A stretch of DNA of 64,000 nt from a virus (lineage: Duplodnaviria; Caudoviricetes): the IMG/VR virus record IMGVR_UViG_3300037067_013225, positions 64,001-128,000 of that record. One strand, written 5' to 3'. Shown piece after piece: positions 1 through 8,927 of this stretch (within the stretch, counting starts at the first letter, position 1; every line of letters begins with the position of its first letter). The notes below the pieces were generated by a model that ran no database searches, had not been told where the DNA came from, and saw nothing but the letters and a program-made list of their open reading frames with translations. Both the position numbers and the translations under genes were made by a program.

Positions 1-341
1 CTATGGCAATTAATGCTGCCAAACAGCACTTCTCGTCAGCCATAGATATCACTAGCTCTAGTTTAGCATTGCTTGATTGGTTTCATGCGCGAAATATCTA
101 TCCATATATCAAATGTAAAAAAATCAAACCCGGCGTTATTTATACAATCAGATTTCATACCATCGATATGAAAATATCCCTATTAAATAGCATTATCCCA
201 TATCTGATCGTTAAAAAAGATCAAGCAGAATTATTGCTTAAGTATGTGATAGAGTATACGTCATTAGATCGTATTTGTAGAGCGACCACAAAGAATAGCT
301 TATCCCGGCTGAAAAGCTACGGTGAGATATCGCATGGATGA
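1..341 (+). CDS. LAGLIDADG-type homing endonuclease, C-terminal part (probably truncated by the window edge)
   Basis: The segment IIPYLIVKKDQAELLLKY resembles the C-terminal helix pattern of LAGLIDADG endonucleases. The N-terminal LAGLIDADG motif is not visible. Confidence 0.55.
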   Translation, partial: MAINAAKQHFSSAIDITSSSLALLDWFHARNIYPYIKCKKIKPGVIYTIRFHTIDMKISLLNSIIPYLIVKKDQAELLLKYVIEYTSLDRICRATTKNSLSRLKSYGEISHG

Positions 342-1173
342 ATGCTGGCAATATCGCTTGCGCAAACAATATCTGGAATCCGATATCGCGGCTCTCGGAT
401 TTAATGCGGATCAATTATCGCAAATGCGCGTTAAAGATTTCGTATTCGCAAACGAATCGCCAAGTAAAGAAATCACCGATTTTATTTTGAAATATGAATG
501 GCTCGGATCGATGGCCCAACAGACATCGCATTGTTTTACGGCTAGATATCGTGGTATATTGGCGGGGGTAATAACTCTAGGCACACCGAATACTTTTAGT
601 AAAATTCTCGGCCCGGAAACAAAAAAAATGGAGCGTCTGATATCGCGAGGTGCTTGTGCATCATGGACACCCAAAAATTTAGCCTCGGCATTAATAATGT
701 GGTCATTGCGTTGGATGGTTAAAAATACACCTTATCGAGTATTTGTGGGATATTCTGACAGTGAGGCCGGTGAGCAGGGTACGATATATCAGGCTTGCTC
801 ATTTTATTATTTGGGAGACGATTTCGGTACGGGATATTTATGCCTGTATAATGGTAAGTGGATTTCGCCAAGAAGCTTTACAACATTTGCATCGTTTAGA
901 AAATACGCCAGAAAGTACAATCTGCCGTGGGAACCAGAATGGAAACGATGTCATCCTCAAGGTATTAATGTTATTCCTAAAGAATTAAAAGATCGTCTGA
1001 TGAAAATTGGGAATGAACTGAGAGATTCTTGCGAAAAGAAAAAAATCCCGCACAAAAGAAAATACGTATGCGTGTTGGGTGCGAATAAATCTGAGGCTCG
1101 TTCACTGGTGCAGGCTCTACTAAAATACACCCCTCGCGCCACTAAAAAATATCCCTTGACAAAAACACTCTGA
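322..1173 (+). CDS. Mom-like / GNAT-fold DNA modification protein
   Basis: ISRGAC..PKNLAS.LI...L and V.YSDSEAGEQGTIYQAC.FYYLG match the conserved core of phage Mom-like acyltransferases. The start may be the ATG at 334. Confidence 0.6.
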   Translation: MRYRMDECWQYRLRKQYLESDIAALGFNADQLSQMRVKDFVFANESPSKEITDFILKYEWLGSMAQQTSHCFTARYRGILAGVITLGTPNTFSKILGPETKKMERLISRGACASWTPKNLASALIMWSLRWMVKNTPYRVFVGYSDSEAGEQGTIYQACSFYYLGDDFGTGYLCLYNGKWISPRSFTTFASFRKYARKYNLPWEPEWKRCHPQGINVIPKELKDRLMKIGNELRDSCEKKKIPHKRKYVCVLGANKSEARSLVQALLKYTPRATKKYPLTKTL

Positions 1174-1184
1174 CGCGGTATACT
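1156..1184 (+). promoter_or_regulatory. sigma70-type early promoter, probably producing leaderless mRNA
   Basis: TTGACA (1156-1161), 17-nt spacer, TATACT (1179-1184). The ATG at 1190 lies only 5 nt downstream. Confidence 0.8.
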
Positions 1185-1189
1185 GAGGT

Positions 1190-1546
1190 ATGTCTAAGTA
1201 TTATGACGAGTTTACGATAGAGTCGCTACGCACCATGTCTCAGGAAGTATGGGATATGTGTGTCCAGCCGTATACCGACTGGACACGGACAGAATGGTTG
1301 AGACTTGAGCCACGTACAGATTATATATTTTATAGAGGGGGTTTGGTGGGGAGTATAAATGCTGTGACCGATGGTTGGCGATTAGATATTTATGATGGTA
1401 GACTTTTGGAACACATTGGTGCTACAGATATGGCATATGGTTGCTCGTTAAATACCTTTTACATAAATTCGATCAAGCGTCTAAAAACATTTCTTGACAT
1501 ACAATATGAGAATCTAGATAAACAGTTTGTGATGATCGATTTCTAA
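1190..1546 (+). CDS. Hypothetical early protein with C-terminal IDF tag (ends FVMIDF)
   Basis: 118-aa ORF directly after the promoter, TAATG-coupled to the next ORF. Confidence 0.75.
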   Translation: MSKYYDEFTIESLRTMSQEVWDMCVQPYTDWTRTEWLRLEPRTDYIFYRGGLVGSINAVTDGWRLDIYDGRLLEHIGATDMAYGCSLNTFYINSIKRLKTFLDIQYENLDKQFVMIDF

Positions 1547-1914
1547 TGGTTAGAAATAACATAAAAATTGAGTTGCTTCAGGATTTACCAGGGAAGATTT
1601 TGCGGACGTTTTCTGCGTGGGATCATAATCACTGGATTGAATATAGTTGTGATAATTTCGAAACCAACGTCTGTATATTCGAAAACGATAGATTTTTAGG
1701 TTTGATTACCTGTCGCGATGCAATTTTCAAATCGGTTTCTGACACTCTTTGGGTTTTTGACGCTATTTGGTATGAAAAATGTGAGTTATATCTTTTGATT
1801 AGCGATGTTACAGTCATAGAGAATACGACTGTGTATAGTCGTGGTACATTTGACGAATTATTATCCTTTCTGGTCGGCACAGATATGTGTTTGATGACCG
1901 AAATCGATTTCTAA
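1546..1914 (+). CDS. Hypothetical early protein with C-terminal IDF tag (ends MTEIDF)
   Basis: 122-aa ORF with overlapping stop/start. Confidence 0.75.
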   Translation: MVRNNIKIELLQDLPGKILRTFSAWDHNHWIEYSCDNFETNVCIFENDRFLGLITCRDAIFKSVSDTLWVFDAIWYEKCELYLLISDVTVIENTTVYSRGTFDELLSFLVGTDMCLMTEIDF

Positions 1915-1915
1915 G

Positions 1916-2230
1916 ATGCATGGTACATATACTGAGCATTGCGGATATTTGGATCAGCCTCCGAATTCTATCACGAAGCAGGTTTTTGTTTATTTGCCGG
2001 AATATTTACATCAACGCACGAGGATGTATTCTGCCGGAGGGCGTATTGAATTTATATTAATGGGGGATTCGGGTCGTTGTAAATGGTATTTCACGGGGCG
2101 TTATGACTTTGATGTATTTGAACATGGTCTAAATTATGGAATACTTCGTGAACATCGTGCAAAATGGTTCGCGGCAATGATTCTGTGTGCATATGATGAT
2201 GAGAGAGAATATTGTATGGTGGATTTCTGA
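1916..2230 (+). CDS. Hypothetical early protein with C-terminal VDF tag (ends YCMVDF)
   Basis: 104-aa ORF in the same operon. Confidence 0.7.
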   Translation: MHGTYTEHCGYLDQPPNSITKQVFVYLPEYLHQRTRMYSAGGRIEFILMGDSGRCKWYFTGRYDFDVFEHGLNYGILREHRAKWFAAMILCAYDDEREYCMVDF

Positions 2231-2270
2231 TGTGCGTGATTAAGAGTGCAAATCACTTGAAGAGCAAAAT

Positions 2271-2849
2271 ATGTATGTGATTACAAACGAAAACATGAAC
2301 AATGATGGTTTGTGGGAAATCGGCATAAAACGTTCCGGTTTTGCTTACGCCAGCCCGGAGCTAGCCGTGCTTGTGCAACTCGCATACGAGAGATTCGAAC
2401 ATTTCAGGATTTTCGAAGCATTGGGAGAGATGAACCATCCTATACGTTCTAACGGTAAGTTTACACTTTTGCGAGAGACCTATGTGCCGGAATTCTCCAC
2501 AAATCAGCGCATTTGGTTTGCGATTCAATGCGCGCTAGCCGTGTGTGATGATCCTGTGTTCGTGTCGTGGGCGAATGCCTGGATTGATGGGACTGATCGA
2601 AGCGTTGAGGCTGCCAAAACTGTTCGTGAGAAGCTTTGGGCCGATGCTATTGCTGATGCTGCTGATGCTGCTGCTTATTATGCTGCTGCTAGTGCTGCTA
2701 GGGCTTTTGGGCCTGCTTTTTATGTCGCTTATGCCGATTATTATGCTGCCGCTCATGCTGCGCACGCCACTCCAAGCATAAATTTCACTGATATCGCCGC
2801 CACCGCTCTGAACTTTGATTTGAGAGAATTCCAAGAAATTGATTTCTGA
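2271..2849 (+). CDS. Ala-rich helical (Imm5-like?) phage protein with C-terminal IDF tag; paralog of 23382..23984
   Basis: 192 aa with an AADAAAYYAAA low-complexity tract, ending FQEIDF. DNA is nearly identical in blocks to the minus-strand copy. Confidence 0.75.
   Translation: MYVITNENMNNDGLWEIGIKRSGFAYASPELAVLVQLAYERFEHFRIFEALGEMNHPIRSNGKFTLLRETYVPEFSTNQRIWFAIQCALAVCDDPVFVSWANAWIDGTDRSVEAAKTVREKLWADAIADAADAAAYYAAASAARAFGPAFYVAYADYYAAAHAAHATPSINFTDIAATALNFDLREFQEIDF
2330..2386 (+). repeat. 57-bp exact repeat, inverted copy at about 23863-23919 (part of a longer paralog homology)
   Basis: acgttccggttttgcttacgccagcccggagctagccgtgcttgtgcaactcgcata occurs here and as its reverse complement near 23.9 kb. 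Confidence 0.9.
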
Positions 2850-2851
2850 GC

Positions 2852-2880
2852 TTGACAAACGTACTGGATTGTGGTAGTAT
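2852..2880 (+). promoter_or_regulatory. sigma70-type early promoter with extended -10, probably leaderless
   Basis: TTGACA (2852-2857), 17 nt, TG-n-TAGTAT (2875-2880). The ATG at 2886 is 5 nt downstream. Confidence 0.75.
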
Positions 2881-2885
2881 GGAGT

Positions 2886-3209
2886 ATGAGCGAAGCTGAG
2901 AACGAGTTTGTGGCGCTAACGAATAAGGCATTTGGCCCAAAAGTGCGGCCCGCGCATGACTTTTATCCAGATATCGCATTACCGGCAGATTTGCAAGATG
3001 AATGTATGGAGGCATATATGCGGGGCGATTGGAGAACCGCATGTCTTCTGACAGATATCGCTAGCTGTTATAAGACGGTTTGGGAAAATGGTTCCGTTAA
3101 AGATATCCTTGTCAAACCGGATCGTCTGAAATATTTGTATGAAATTCTATCGCAAACACGATCTCGTGCTGCACAAATATGGATGTATGGAGTACATGAT
3201 GGGACTTGA
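2886..3209 (+). CDS. Hypothetical protein
   Basis: ORF track 2871..3209. Start moved to ATG 2886 because the GTG at 2871 lies inside the promoter. Confidence 0.65.
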   Translation: MSEAENEFVALTNKAFGPKVRPAHDFYPDIALPADLQDECMEAYMRGDWRTACLLTDIASCYKTVWENGSVKDILVKPDRLKYLYEILSQTRSRAAQIWMYGVHDGT

Positions 3210-3597
3210 TGCGTATGTTTGTTATCGAGTGGAAGATCCAGAAATCAGTTCTTGGCACAGATATCCCCTGCTTAATGATTATATGTGGGATCTATATCAG
3301 TTAAAATTGGAATATATCGATGAAGATGCAAACGATAACGATGATTCCTATTATCTTGATAGAATGCGTCGCGATGCAAGTTGGTATGACTTTGAAGTGC
3401 CGCTTAATTTGGTTGATGTGGATAATTTAGAGGCTACTATCAAGGGTGGATTATGGCCTAGGCGGGAAAATTGTACAGATGAGCGTTGGGTTGAGGAGTT
3501 GAAGCGGTTGAATACCTCTCGTGATCTGGAACTGGTAACTGAAATGCGCAAGGTTCTACTTGATGGTAAGAAAATTTATTATCGAGCGGCAGGATGA
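3199..3597 (+). CDS. Hypothetical protein of the MGLD.Y N-terminus phage family
   Basis: MGLDAY start with GGAG at 3189-3192; ORF track 3139..3597. Confidence 0.65.
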   Translation: MGLDAYVCYRVEDPEISSWHRYPLLNDYMWDLYQLKLEYIDEDANDNDDSYYLDRMRRDASWYDFEVPLNLVDVDNLEATIKGGLWPRRENCTDERWVEELKRLNTSRDLELVTEMRKVLLDGKKIYYRAAG

Positions 3598-3791
3598 GAT
3601 ACGATTGTCATTATGTAGTTTCTTGCACCAAAACGCTCCTGACTATGGGCGAAAAACCATATCAGGAAATTGTTGCGGTTTTTCATACGCAAGATGAGGC
3701 GAAAAAATATATAAAATCTCAACCTACCGGTATTATTGGGATATATGATGTCTCTTGCTATGATTATGTTCAAATAGAGAGTGAGGAATAA
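3594..3791 (+). CDS. Small hypothetical protein
   Basis: 65 aa, ATGA-coupled to the upstream gene. Confidence 0.55.
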   Translation: MRYDCHYVVSCTKTLLTMGEKPYQEIVAVFHTQDEAKKYIKSQPTGIIGIYDVSCYDYVQIESEE

Positions 3792-3865
3792 AAGATGAAT
3801 GATATATCTTACAATATGCAAGCTAAGGGAACGACTATTGTATCCGATATTAACGCTATTAAGTA

Positions 3866-4321
3866 TTACCAAATTATAGATCTTTGTAGAGCCTTGGCTG
3901 CTCTGATATCAGCCATATCTTTTAGAGTTTTCTTTTTATGGCAATTTTTACAAAGCGTTTGTAAATTAGACAAACTCCAATACGATATATCGCGTGGTGC
4001 CAACGCTAACGGGACGATATGATCCATATCCCAATCTATAACAATCTTGCCGCAATGAGCGCATCGGCCCTTATCTCGCTCTCGCACACGACATCGTAAC
4101 CATGCTGGATCTTGCATTTCTAATGCTCTCAGATATTGTTCACGGCAATCTCCATCGCACCAATGGCGCGCCAAGTTAGGAGTGCCGTCTTTTTTCGGCA
4201 GCATCTTTCCGCACAAATGGCAATAACCAACAGGATATTTTTCCGATTTAACTAGCTCGATAATCGGATGCGGTGGCGGTGTTCTATGAGTTGCCCGTTT
4301 TTTAGCCTTGTGCCTTGACAA
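3866..4321 (-). CDS. HNH endonuclease
   Basis: VRERDKGRCAHCG...DMDHIVPL...NLQTLCKNCHKKKT, plus an N-terminal CxxC zinc motif. Confidence 0.85.
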   Translation of the reverse strand: MSRHKAKKRATHRTPPPHPIIELVKSEKYPVGYCHLCGKMLPKKDGTPNLARHWCDGDCREQYLRALEMQDPAWLRCRVRERDKGRCAHCGKIVIDWDMDHIVPLALAPRDISYWSLSNLQTLCKNCHKKKTLKDMADIRAAKALQRSIIW

Positions 4322-4343
4322 TGGACCTTCCCTGTGTTAAACT
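4315..4343 (+). promoter_or_regulatory. sigma70-type promoter
   Basis: TTGACA (4315-4320), 17 nt, TG-n-TAAACT (4338-4343). Confidence 0.65.
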
Positions 4344-4375
4344 GTAGAGGCTCTAAAACTATACCCAGGTGGATC

Positions 4376-4624
4376 ATGAATAACGAGATATATGATTTTT
4401 CAGGATGCGCTCATAAATGGATTGACGATGGTGTTTACAAAGATGATGGAAATACTCCCACATATACTTATCAAAAATGTTCTATATGTGGAGCTACCAG
4501 AACACTGGATATAAATGGTGATTGTGTTCAAGGATCGTTTATCTTAATGGACGATATATTGTTTTTACGCGATTTAATGGAAAAAGATATCGAACCGTTA
4601 ATGGAATCCGGAGATATGCGATGA
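4376..4624 (+). CDS. Small hypothetical protein with CxH..CxxC possible metal-binding motif
   Basis: CAHKW...KCSICG. Start placed at ATG 4376 downstream of the promoter (track 4334..4624). Confidence 0.55.
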   Translation: MNNEIYDFSGCAHKWIDDGVYKDDGNTPTYTYQKCSICGATRTLDINGDCVQGSFILMDDILFLRDLMEKDIEPLMESGDMR

Positions 4625-5352
4625 GATATCTAATAATTTTATTGCTATTTTTAACATCGTGTCCGCATAAAACTAGTTCTTTTGATTGGGGAAGTCAGCC
4701 ATATCAGAATATTGTTCCGCCGCCCATCGGTAGATGGGCTGCAACTCCCACGATATCATACAATGGTGAACTTTTCTCATCGCAATCTATTAGGCCCGAT
4801 TGGGCCTTAAATAGCGCTACATCAACGTTTCAGGAAGAATTGATAAATATTTCTAAGTGGTGCGATGGGATCGGTTACAAGATTGGTTCCGGATCTGATA
4901 TAGATGTCTATTTTTATTATGAGCCATATACAAAGAAAACATCCTCTATAGGCGATGATTGTCTAGTCATAGTAGAGCCACCGGGGAAAGCTACAAGCAC
5001 GGCTTCTCCGCCCGCGCCCGGATCTAATTATTCCGGTGTAGCGATTGTAACATCCGATAATCGTACCATTAGTCATGTCGATGTGTGGTTGAATATCAAT
5101 AAATATCAGGTATTTTATGACGAATATAAAATCCGATATCCTAAAGCATCTGATAAAGAATTAAAAACGTGGGCTGTCAAAAAAGAAAATGCGATTTTTG
5201 CAAGGATTATCTGGCACGAGTTGGGTCATGCCCTGTTTGGACTGTCCGATGACAGTCAAGGCTCTACTAATGGAACTATGGTATACGCAACCATGACAAT
5301 ACCATATAATACGGAAGAAACCGCAGTTATCAAATGGATGTACGGATTATGA
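4621..5352 (+). CDS. Lipoprotein zinc metalloprotease (zincin/metzincin-like)
   Basis: Signal peptide with lipobox MRYLIILLLFLTSC, HELGHALFG zinc motif and a downstream Met (GTMVY). Confidence 0.7.
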   Translation: MRYLIILLLFLTSCPHKTSSFDWGSQPYQNIVPPPIGRWAATPTISYNGELFSSQSIRPDWALNSATSTFQEELINISKWCDGIGYKIGSGSDIDVYFYYEPYTKKTSSIGDDCLVIVEPPGKATSTASPPAPGSNYSGVAIVTSDNRTISHVDVWLNINKYQVFYDEYKIRYPKASDKELKTWAVKKENAIFARIIWHELGHALFGLSDDSQGSTNGTMVYATMTIPYNTEETAVIKWMYGL

Positions 5353-5693
5353 GATATAATCTCCACAACATACCCGGTAAAAGGTTTGGCCCAGAATATT
5401 TTCCCCATGGTCTTGCATCTTGTGGAGGTTCACGTATCTTTGACAAAATGGCTGGAGACAGAATTCCGTATTTAAGAGGTATGATCTGCATATATAGTGG
5501 TATCGATGATCGTTTAGTTTTTTTATTTTTACCAGATGATTATACCATAATTAGCGTGCAAAGCGATATAGTGTACGAGAACCTTCAAGAACATCTCAAT
5601 GGAGAGGATTTTAGACGATCTCAAGATGAGGTTTGTAATTTTATACTAGATCTTCTAGCCCAGACATATGAATTAACGGAGGTTGATTTCTAA
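5349..5693 (+). CDS. Hypothetical protein with C-terminal VDF tag (ends YELTEVDF)
   Basis: ATGA-coupled start at 5349; TAATG-coupled to the protease gene. Confidence 0.7.
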   Translation: MRYNLHNIPGKRFGPEYFPHGLASCGGSRIFDKMAGDRIPYLRGMICIYSGIDDRLVFLFLPDDYTIISVQSDIVYENLQEHLNGEDFRRSQDEVCNFILDLLAQTYELTEVDF

Positions 5694-6220
5694 TGACATG
5701 TATTGTTGCGATCAAAACTAAAGATGCCATATTTATGGGTGGTGATTCTGCTGGTGGCAATGCTTACGGAATCCAATCTAGATCCGATCCTAAAGTTTTT
5801 AGAAGTGGTGGATTTGTTATCGGATACACCACTAGTTATCGTATGGGGCAAATTCTACAGCATGGTTTTGAATTTGTTACACCTGAAGGCGATCCTGACG
5901 CGTATATGTTTTCATTGTGTAACGCTGTGGCTAGTAAATTAACTGATTTAAATTATGCAAAATTGGAAAATAATGTTATAGACGGTGGTACTTTCCTTAT
6001 TGGATGGAAAAACCACTTGTATGCAGTTTATGATAATTTTCAGTATGCTCGGTTTAGGGACAATTATGCCGCAATCGGTTCCGGGGAGGAATATGCACTG
6101 GGATCGTTGTTTTCAACTCAAAGTATAGACGATCCCATAAAACGAATCACCATTGCATTAGATGCAGCCACGAAGTTTTCGTCTCTTGTTGCAAAGCCAT
6201 ATATTTTTGAGCATACATAG
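5693..6220 (+). CDS. Proteasome beta-subunit / HslV-like N-terminal threonine protease (Ntn hydrolase)
   Basis: M-T-CIVA N-terminus (Thr1 nucleophile), GDS at 16-18, Lys near position 33 (DPKVF), AIGSG.EYALG motif. Confidence 0.85.
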   Translation: MTCIVAIKTKDAIFMGGDSAGGNAYGIQSRSDPKVFRSGGFVIGYTTSYRMGQILQHGFEFVTPEGDPDAYMFSLCNAVASKLTDLNYAKLENNVIDGGTFLIGWKNHLYAVYDNFQYARFRDNYAAIGSGEEYALGSLFSTQSIDDPIKRITIALDAATKFSSLVAKPYIFEHT

Positions 6221-6229
6221 AGATAATAT

Positions 6230-6913
6230 TTAATCTTTTATGAGGATAAATCCTAAATTTTTAATATTTCGATACCAAGACGATACTCGATCTGAAGCGT
6301 TGCCCTCAACTGTCCAGATAACAGTATCGGATACAACGGCTCTAACAATACCCGTATGTTTAAATCCAGTAGGACCACCCTTTACTACGAACAAACATCC
6401 AGGATAAATATCTTTAATATCCTCAGTATAGAGCTTGAGTTTGTCGGCTTCTTTTTTTAGACGAGAACTTGAGGATTTTTCTTTTATGGGAGGTTTGTTG
6501 GGTGCTGCTGCAAGTCTGAGGCAGTAATTTAGAGCGAAGTATGCGCACCACGGATATTTTTCACCCTCAAATCCACCGGTATACTTTTTTACAAATGGTC
6601 CGCTATTCGGACCACCGATTTCTTTTGCGCCAGCGGCTAATTCTGTTAGTGCTATTTTTAATAATCTCTCAGCCAAAGATGGATATGCGGAAGTTTTGGC
6701 TTTTGGCAGATTTTTCACCGCAGTTATCAATATGGGGAGTGTTTTTTCACCAACGATGCCATCGATTTCAAGATCATAATCTTTTTGGAATTCTCTCACA
6801 GCGTGTTCTGTGGCGGGTCCGAAAACACCATCTATGACCAGATGTGATCCGTATTTGTCTAGTAGTTTTTGTAGAGCCTTGACTTTGGTTCCTGTGTCGC
6901 CGTTTTGTAACAT
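6230..6913 (-). CDS. Endolysin: peptidoglycan-binding domain plus CHAP amidase
   Basis: DGVFGPATEHAVREFQ...DGIVG (PG_binding_1); PWCAYF, HTGIV and TVEGN (CHAP catalytic Cys/His). Confidence 0.9.
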   Translation of the reverse strand: MLQNGDTGTKVKALQKLLDKYGSHLVIDGVFGPATEHAVREFQKDYDLEIDGIVGEKTLPILITAVKNLPKAKTSAYPSLAERLLKIALTELAAGAKEIGGPNSGPFVKKYTGGFEGEKYPWCAYFALNYCLRLAAAPNKPPIKEKSSSSRLKKEADKLKLYTEDIKDIYPGCLFVVKGGPTGFKHTGIVRAVVSDTVIWTVEGNASDRVSSWYRNIKNLGFILIKD

Positions 6914-6942
6914 ATCTTCTCCGTTTATTGGCTGTTAATATC

Positions 6943-6965
6943 AGCTTACCCCTTGAATATACCCC
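6943..6965 (-). promoter_or_regulatory. Candidate late-type promoter elements GGGGTATATT and GGGGTAAGCT upstream of the endolysin
   Basis: The same GGG-TAnnnT motif precedes the neck, sheath and baseplate genes. Confidence 0.45.
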
Positions 6966-6981
6966 GTTTTTGTGGTACAAT
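6953..6981 (+). promoter_or_regulatory. sigma70-type promoter of the glycosylation operon
   Basis: TTGAAT (6953-6958), 17 nt, TG-n-TACAAT (6976-6981). Confidence 0.65.
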
Positions 6982-7004
6982 ATAGTGGCAACCAGACCGA
7001 GACC

Positions 7005-8927
7005 ATGATATACGACTGCTTTAGATTTCTAAATGAGAATGATATGTTGGAGATACGTTTCCAACAGCACTCGTTTGCGGATAAATTTGTCATCATCGAA
7101 TCGGATCAAACCACATCTGGATTATCCAAGCCATATAATTTCGATGTGGAGCGATTTAAGAAATATACTGATAAAATTATCTATTTGCAAATCGGTCCGA
7201 TAGATATCGCAAGAGAGAAATATGAATATTTCGAAAACAATATCGAACGATGGAATAGAGAGCTTGTTCATCATGGTGCATTAAAGCAAATATTACCCTT
7301 GCTCACTAATCGTGATATTATTATGTGGTCTGATGTCGATGAAATGTTGAAAAGTCCCCCCATATATGGGAATATAAGATATATTTCTGGATTATATTAC
7401 TACTACTTTAATAATCGTCTATATGATAGGAAAAATAATAATTTCTTATCTTGGAAATATCAGGTAAGTTTCACAAAAAAAACATTAGAGAAATATAATC
7501 CGTTTCATCTTAGGAATAGTAACACTATCAAATGGGATATACATGAGGATGCCGGTTGGCATTTTGCATATATTGGCGATGTAGAAAAGCTTAAATATAA
7601 GCTTGAGGCGGCTGCGCACCAAGAATACAATACCGATAAAGTCAAAGAACAGCTATCTGAGAAGATTAAGCAGGGTGTGGATTTTGCTTCAGACAGATAT
7701 CCCGGCAAACAGACACCAATTAACGAATTACCACAATGTATTATTGATAATCAAGAAAAATATAAGCCATTTATTCTGTTGGATCGTCCGATAGTGGAGA
7801 ATATCTCAGTAAAAGAGCGTAGGATGAAGGATTTGCGTAATTTGCGTGTAGCACAGCGCGCAGAGGCTAGGCGAGTACAAGAGGAATGTAGATTGGAGGC
7901 ACTGCGCAATCTGCATGAGGCTAAAAAGGCAGAACTGCGCCGCATACAGGCGGAAAAGGAGGCCAAAGCAAACGCGGCACAACGTAGGTTGCGTAAACGT
8001 GACAGATATACCGCCCCTCCCATTGTCTCACCGGTTGCTTCCGTTAGCAACGTGGATGAATTTAATATTTTAATGCTTGGATCTTTGGGAGATGTCATAT
8101 GTAACTCGGTAGTTGTCAATAATATTCGCCTATCATATCCAGATGCTAAAATTACATGGTGCATAGCCAAGAAATATCTCAAAATTTCATCCAATATCAT
8201 TGGAGTGGATGATTGGATTGTTGCTGATGATATCGTAGGTCACGATATACACGAAATAGATAGAGAGCAACCAGCATTTAAGGAAATATTTGCGTCAAAA
8301 CCGAATTTAATTGTTTTACGTGACTGTTCCAGTCCATTATACGGTAGTAATTGGACCAATACTGGTGCAAATCTAATGGAAACTGCGATTAGAGATCTGG
8401 CAAGATTTGTATCGGTTCCAATCAGAGAGAAGAAAGGTACTTTTACTATCTTTAGGGACGATATAATTAAATGGCGTGACTGGGTGAAGGATAACGATAA
8501 GTATATTTTCTGGGAATTTACCCCCATCAGCACAACGCCTTTAATGGTGCCGGAAGAATATTTTGCTCTTGCGGACAAATTATATAAAGATCTGCGATGT
8601 AAGTCTATATTCTCATGTTCACCAGAAAATAGGGATAAATATATCTCGTACAATTCAAAAAACATCCGAATATGCGACCTATCGTTAGCTCAAGTAGCAG
8701 CGGGAGTTAAACAGCAAGGCTCTATATTTATGGGATGTACATCAGCACAAACCTGGGCTGTATGTGAGACATCCAATGTCCCAATTTTAGAGCTATTGAA
8801 TCCGGCAGTTACAAAAAAATTGCGTGGAATATCGGTTAAACAATCACACTATACTAATCCTAGCGAAGTAATAACGGTAAAATCATATCAGGTAATAAAA
8901 GATGCGATCACGTCACTACAAAGATAA
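7005..8927 (+). CDS. Bifunctional glycosyltransferase: GT17-like N-domain, charged coiled-coil linker, GT9-like C-domain
   Basis: MIYDCFRFLNE...DKFVIIES...SDVDE...AGWHFAY (GT17-like); LGSLGDVI....NIRLSYPDAKITW (GT9/heptosyltransferase-like). Confidence 0.75.
   Translation: MIYDCFRFLNENDMLEIRFQQHSFADKFVIIESDQTTSGLSKPYNFDVERFKKYTDKIIYLQIGPIDIAREKYEYFENNIERWNRELVHHGALKQILPLLTNRDIIMWSDVDEMLKSPPIYGNIRYISGLYYYYFNNRLYDRKNNNFLSWKYQVSFTKKTLEKYNPFHLRNSNTIKWDIHEDAGWHFAYIGDVEKLKYKLEAAAHQEYNTDKVKEQLSEKIKQGVDFASDRYPGKQTPINELPQCIIDNQEKYKPFILLDRPIVENISVKERRMKDLRNLRVAQRAEARRVQEECRLEALRNLHEAKKAELRRIQAEKEAKANAAQRRLRKRDRYTAPPIVSPVASVSNVDEFNILMLGSLGDVICNSVVVNNIRLSYPDAKITWCIAKKYLKISSNIIGVDDWIVADDIVGHDIHEIDREQPAFKEIFASKPNLIVLRDCSSPLYGSNWTNTGANLMETAIRDLARFVSVPIREKKGTFTIFRDDIIKWRDWVKDNDKYIFWEFTPISTTPLMVPEEYFALADKLYKDLRCKSIFSCSPENRDKYISYNSKNIRICDLSLAQVAAGVKQQGSIFMGCTSAQTWAVCETSNVPILELLNPAVTKKLRGISVKQSHYTNPSEVITVKSYQVIKDAITSLQR

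Noticed and set aside
2230-2280. 16-codon ORF MCVIKSANHLKSKICM, coupled to the upstream stop and resembling the next gene's start
   Set aside because: Too short to support. It may be a relic of a duplicated start but cannot be distinguished from chance.
2271-2849. Paralog pair as a diversity-generating retroelement TR/VR
   Set aside because: No reverse transcriptase in the window, both copies are full genes, and the differences are not adenine-specific.
2535-2858. Ser/Ile-rich and Leu/Met-rich alternative-frame ORFs (2535-, 2545+, 23450-)
   Set aside because: Shadows of the GCT-repeat Ala tract.
3795-4022. 75-aa + strand ORF
   Set aside because: Largely antisense to a clear HNH gene; probably spurious.
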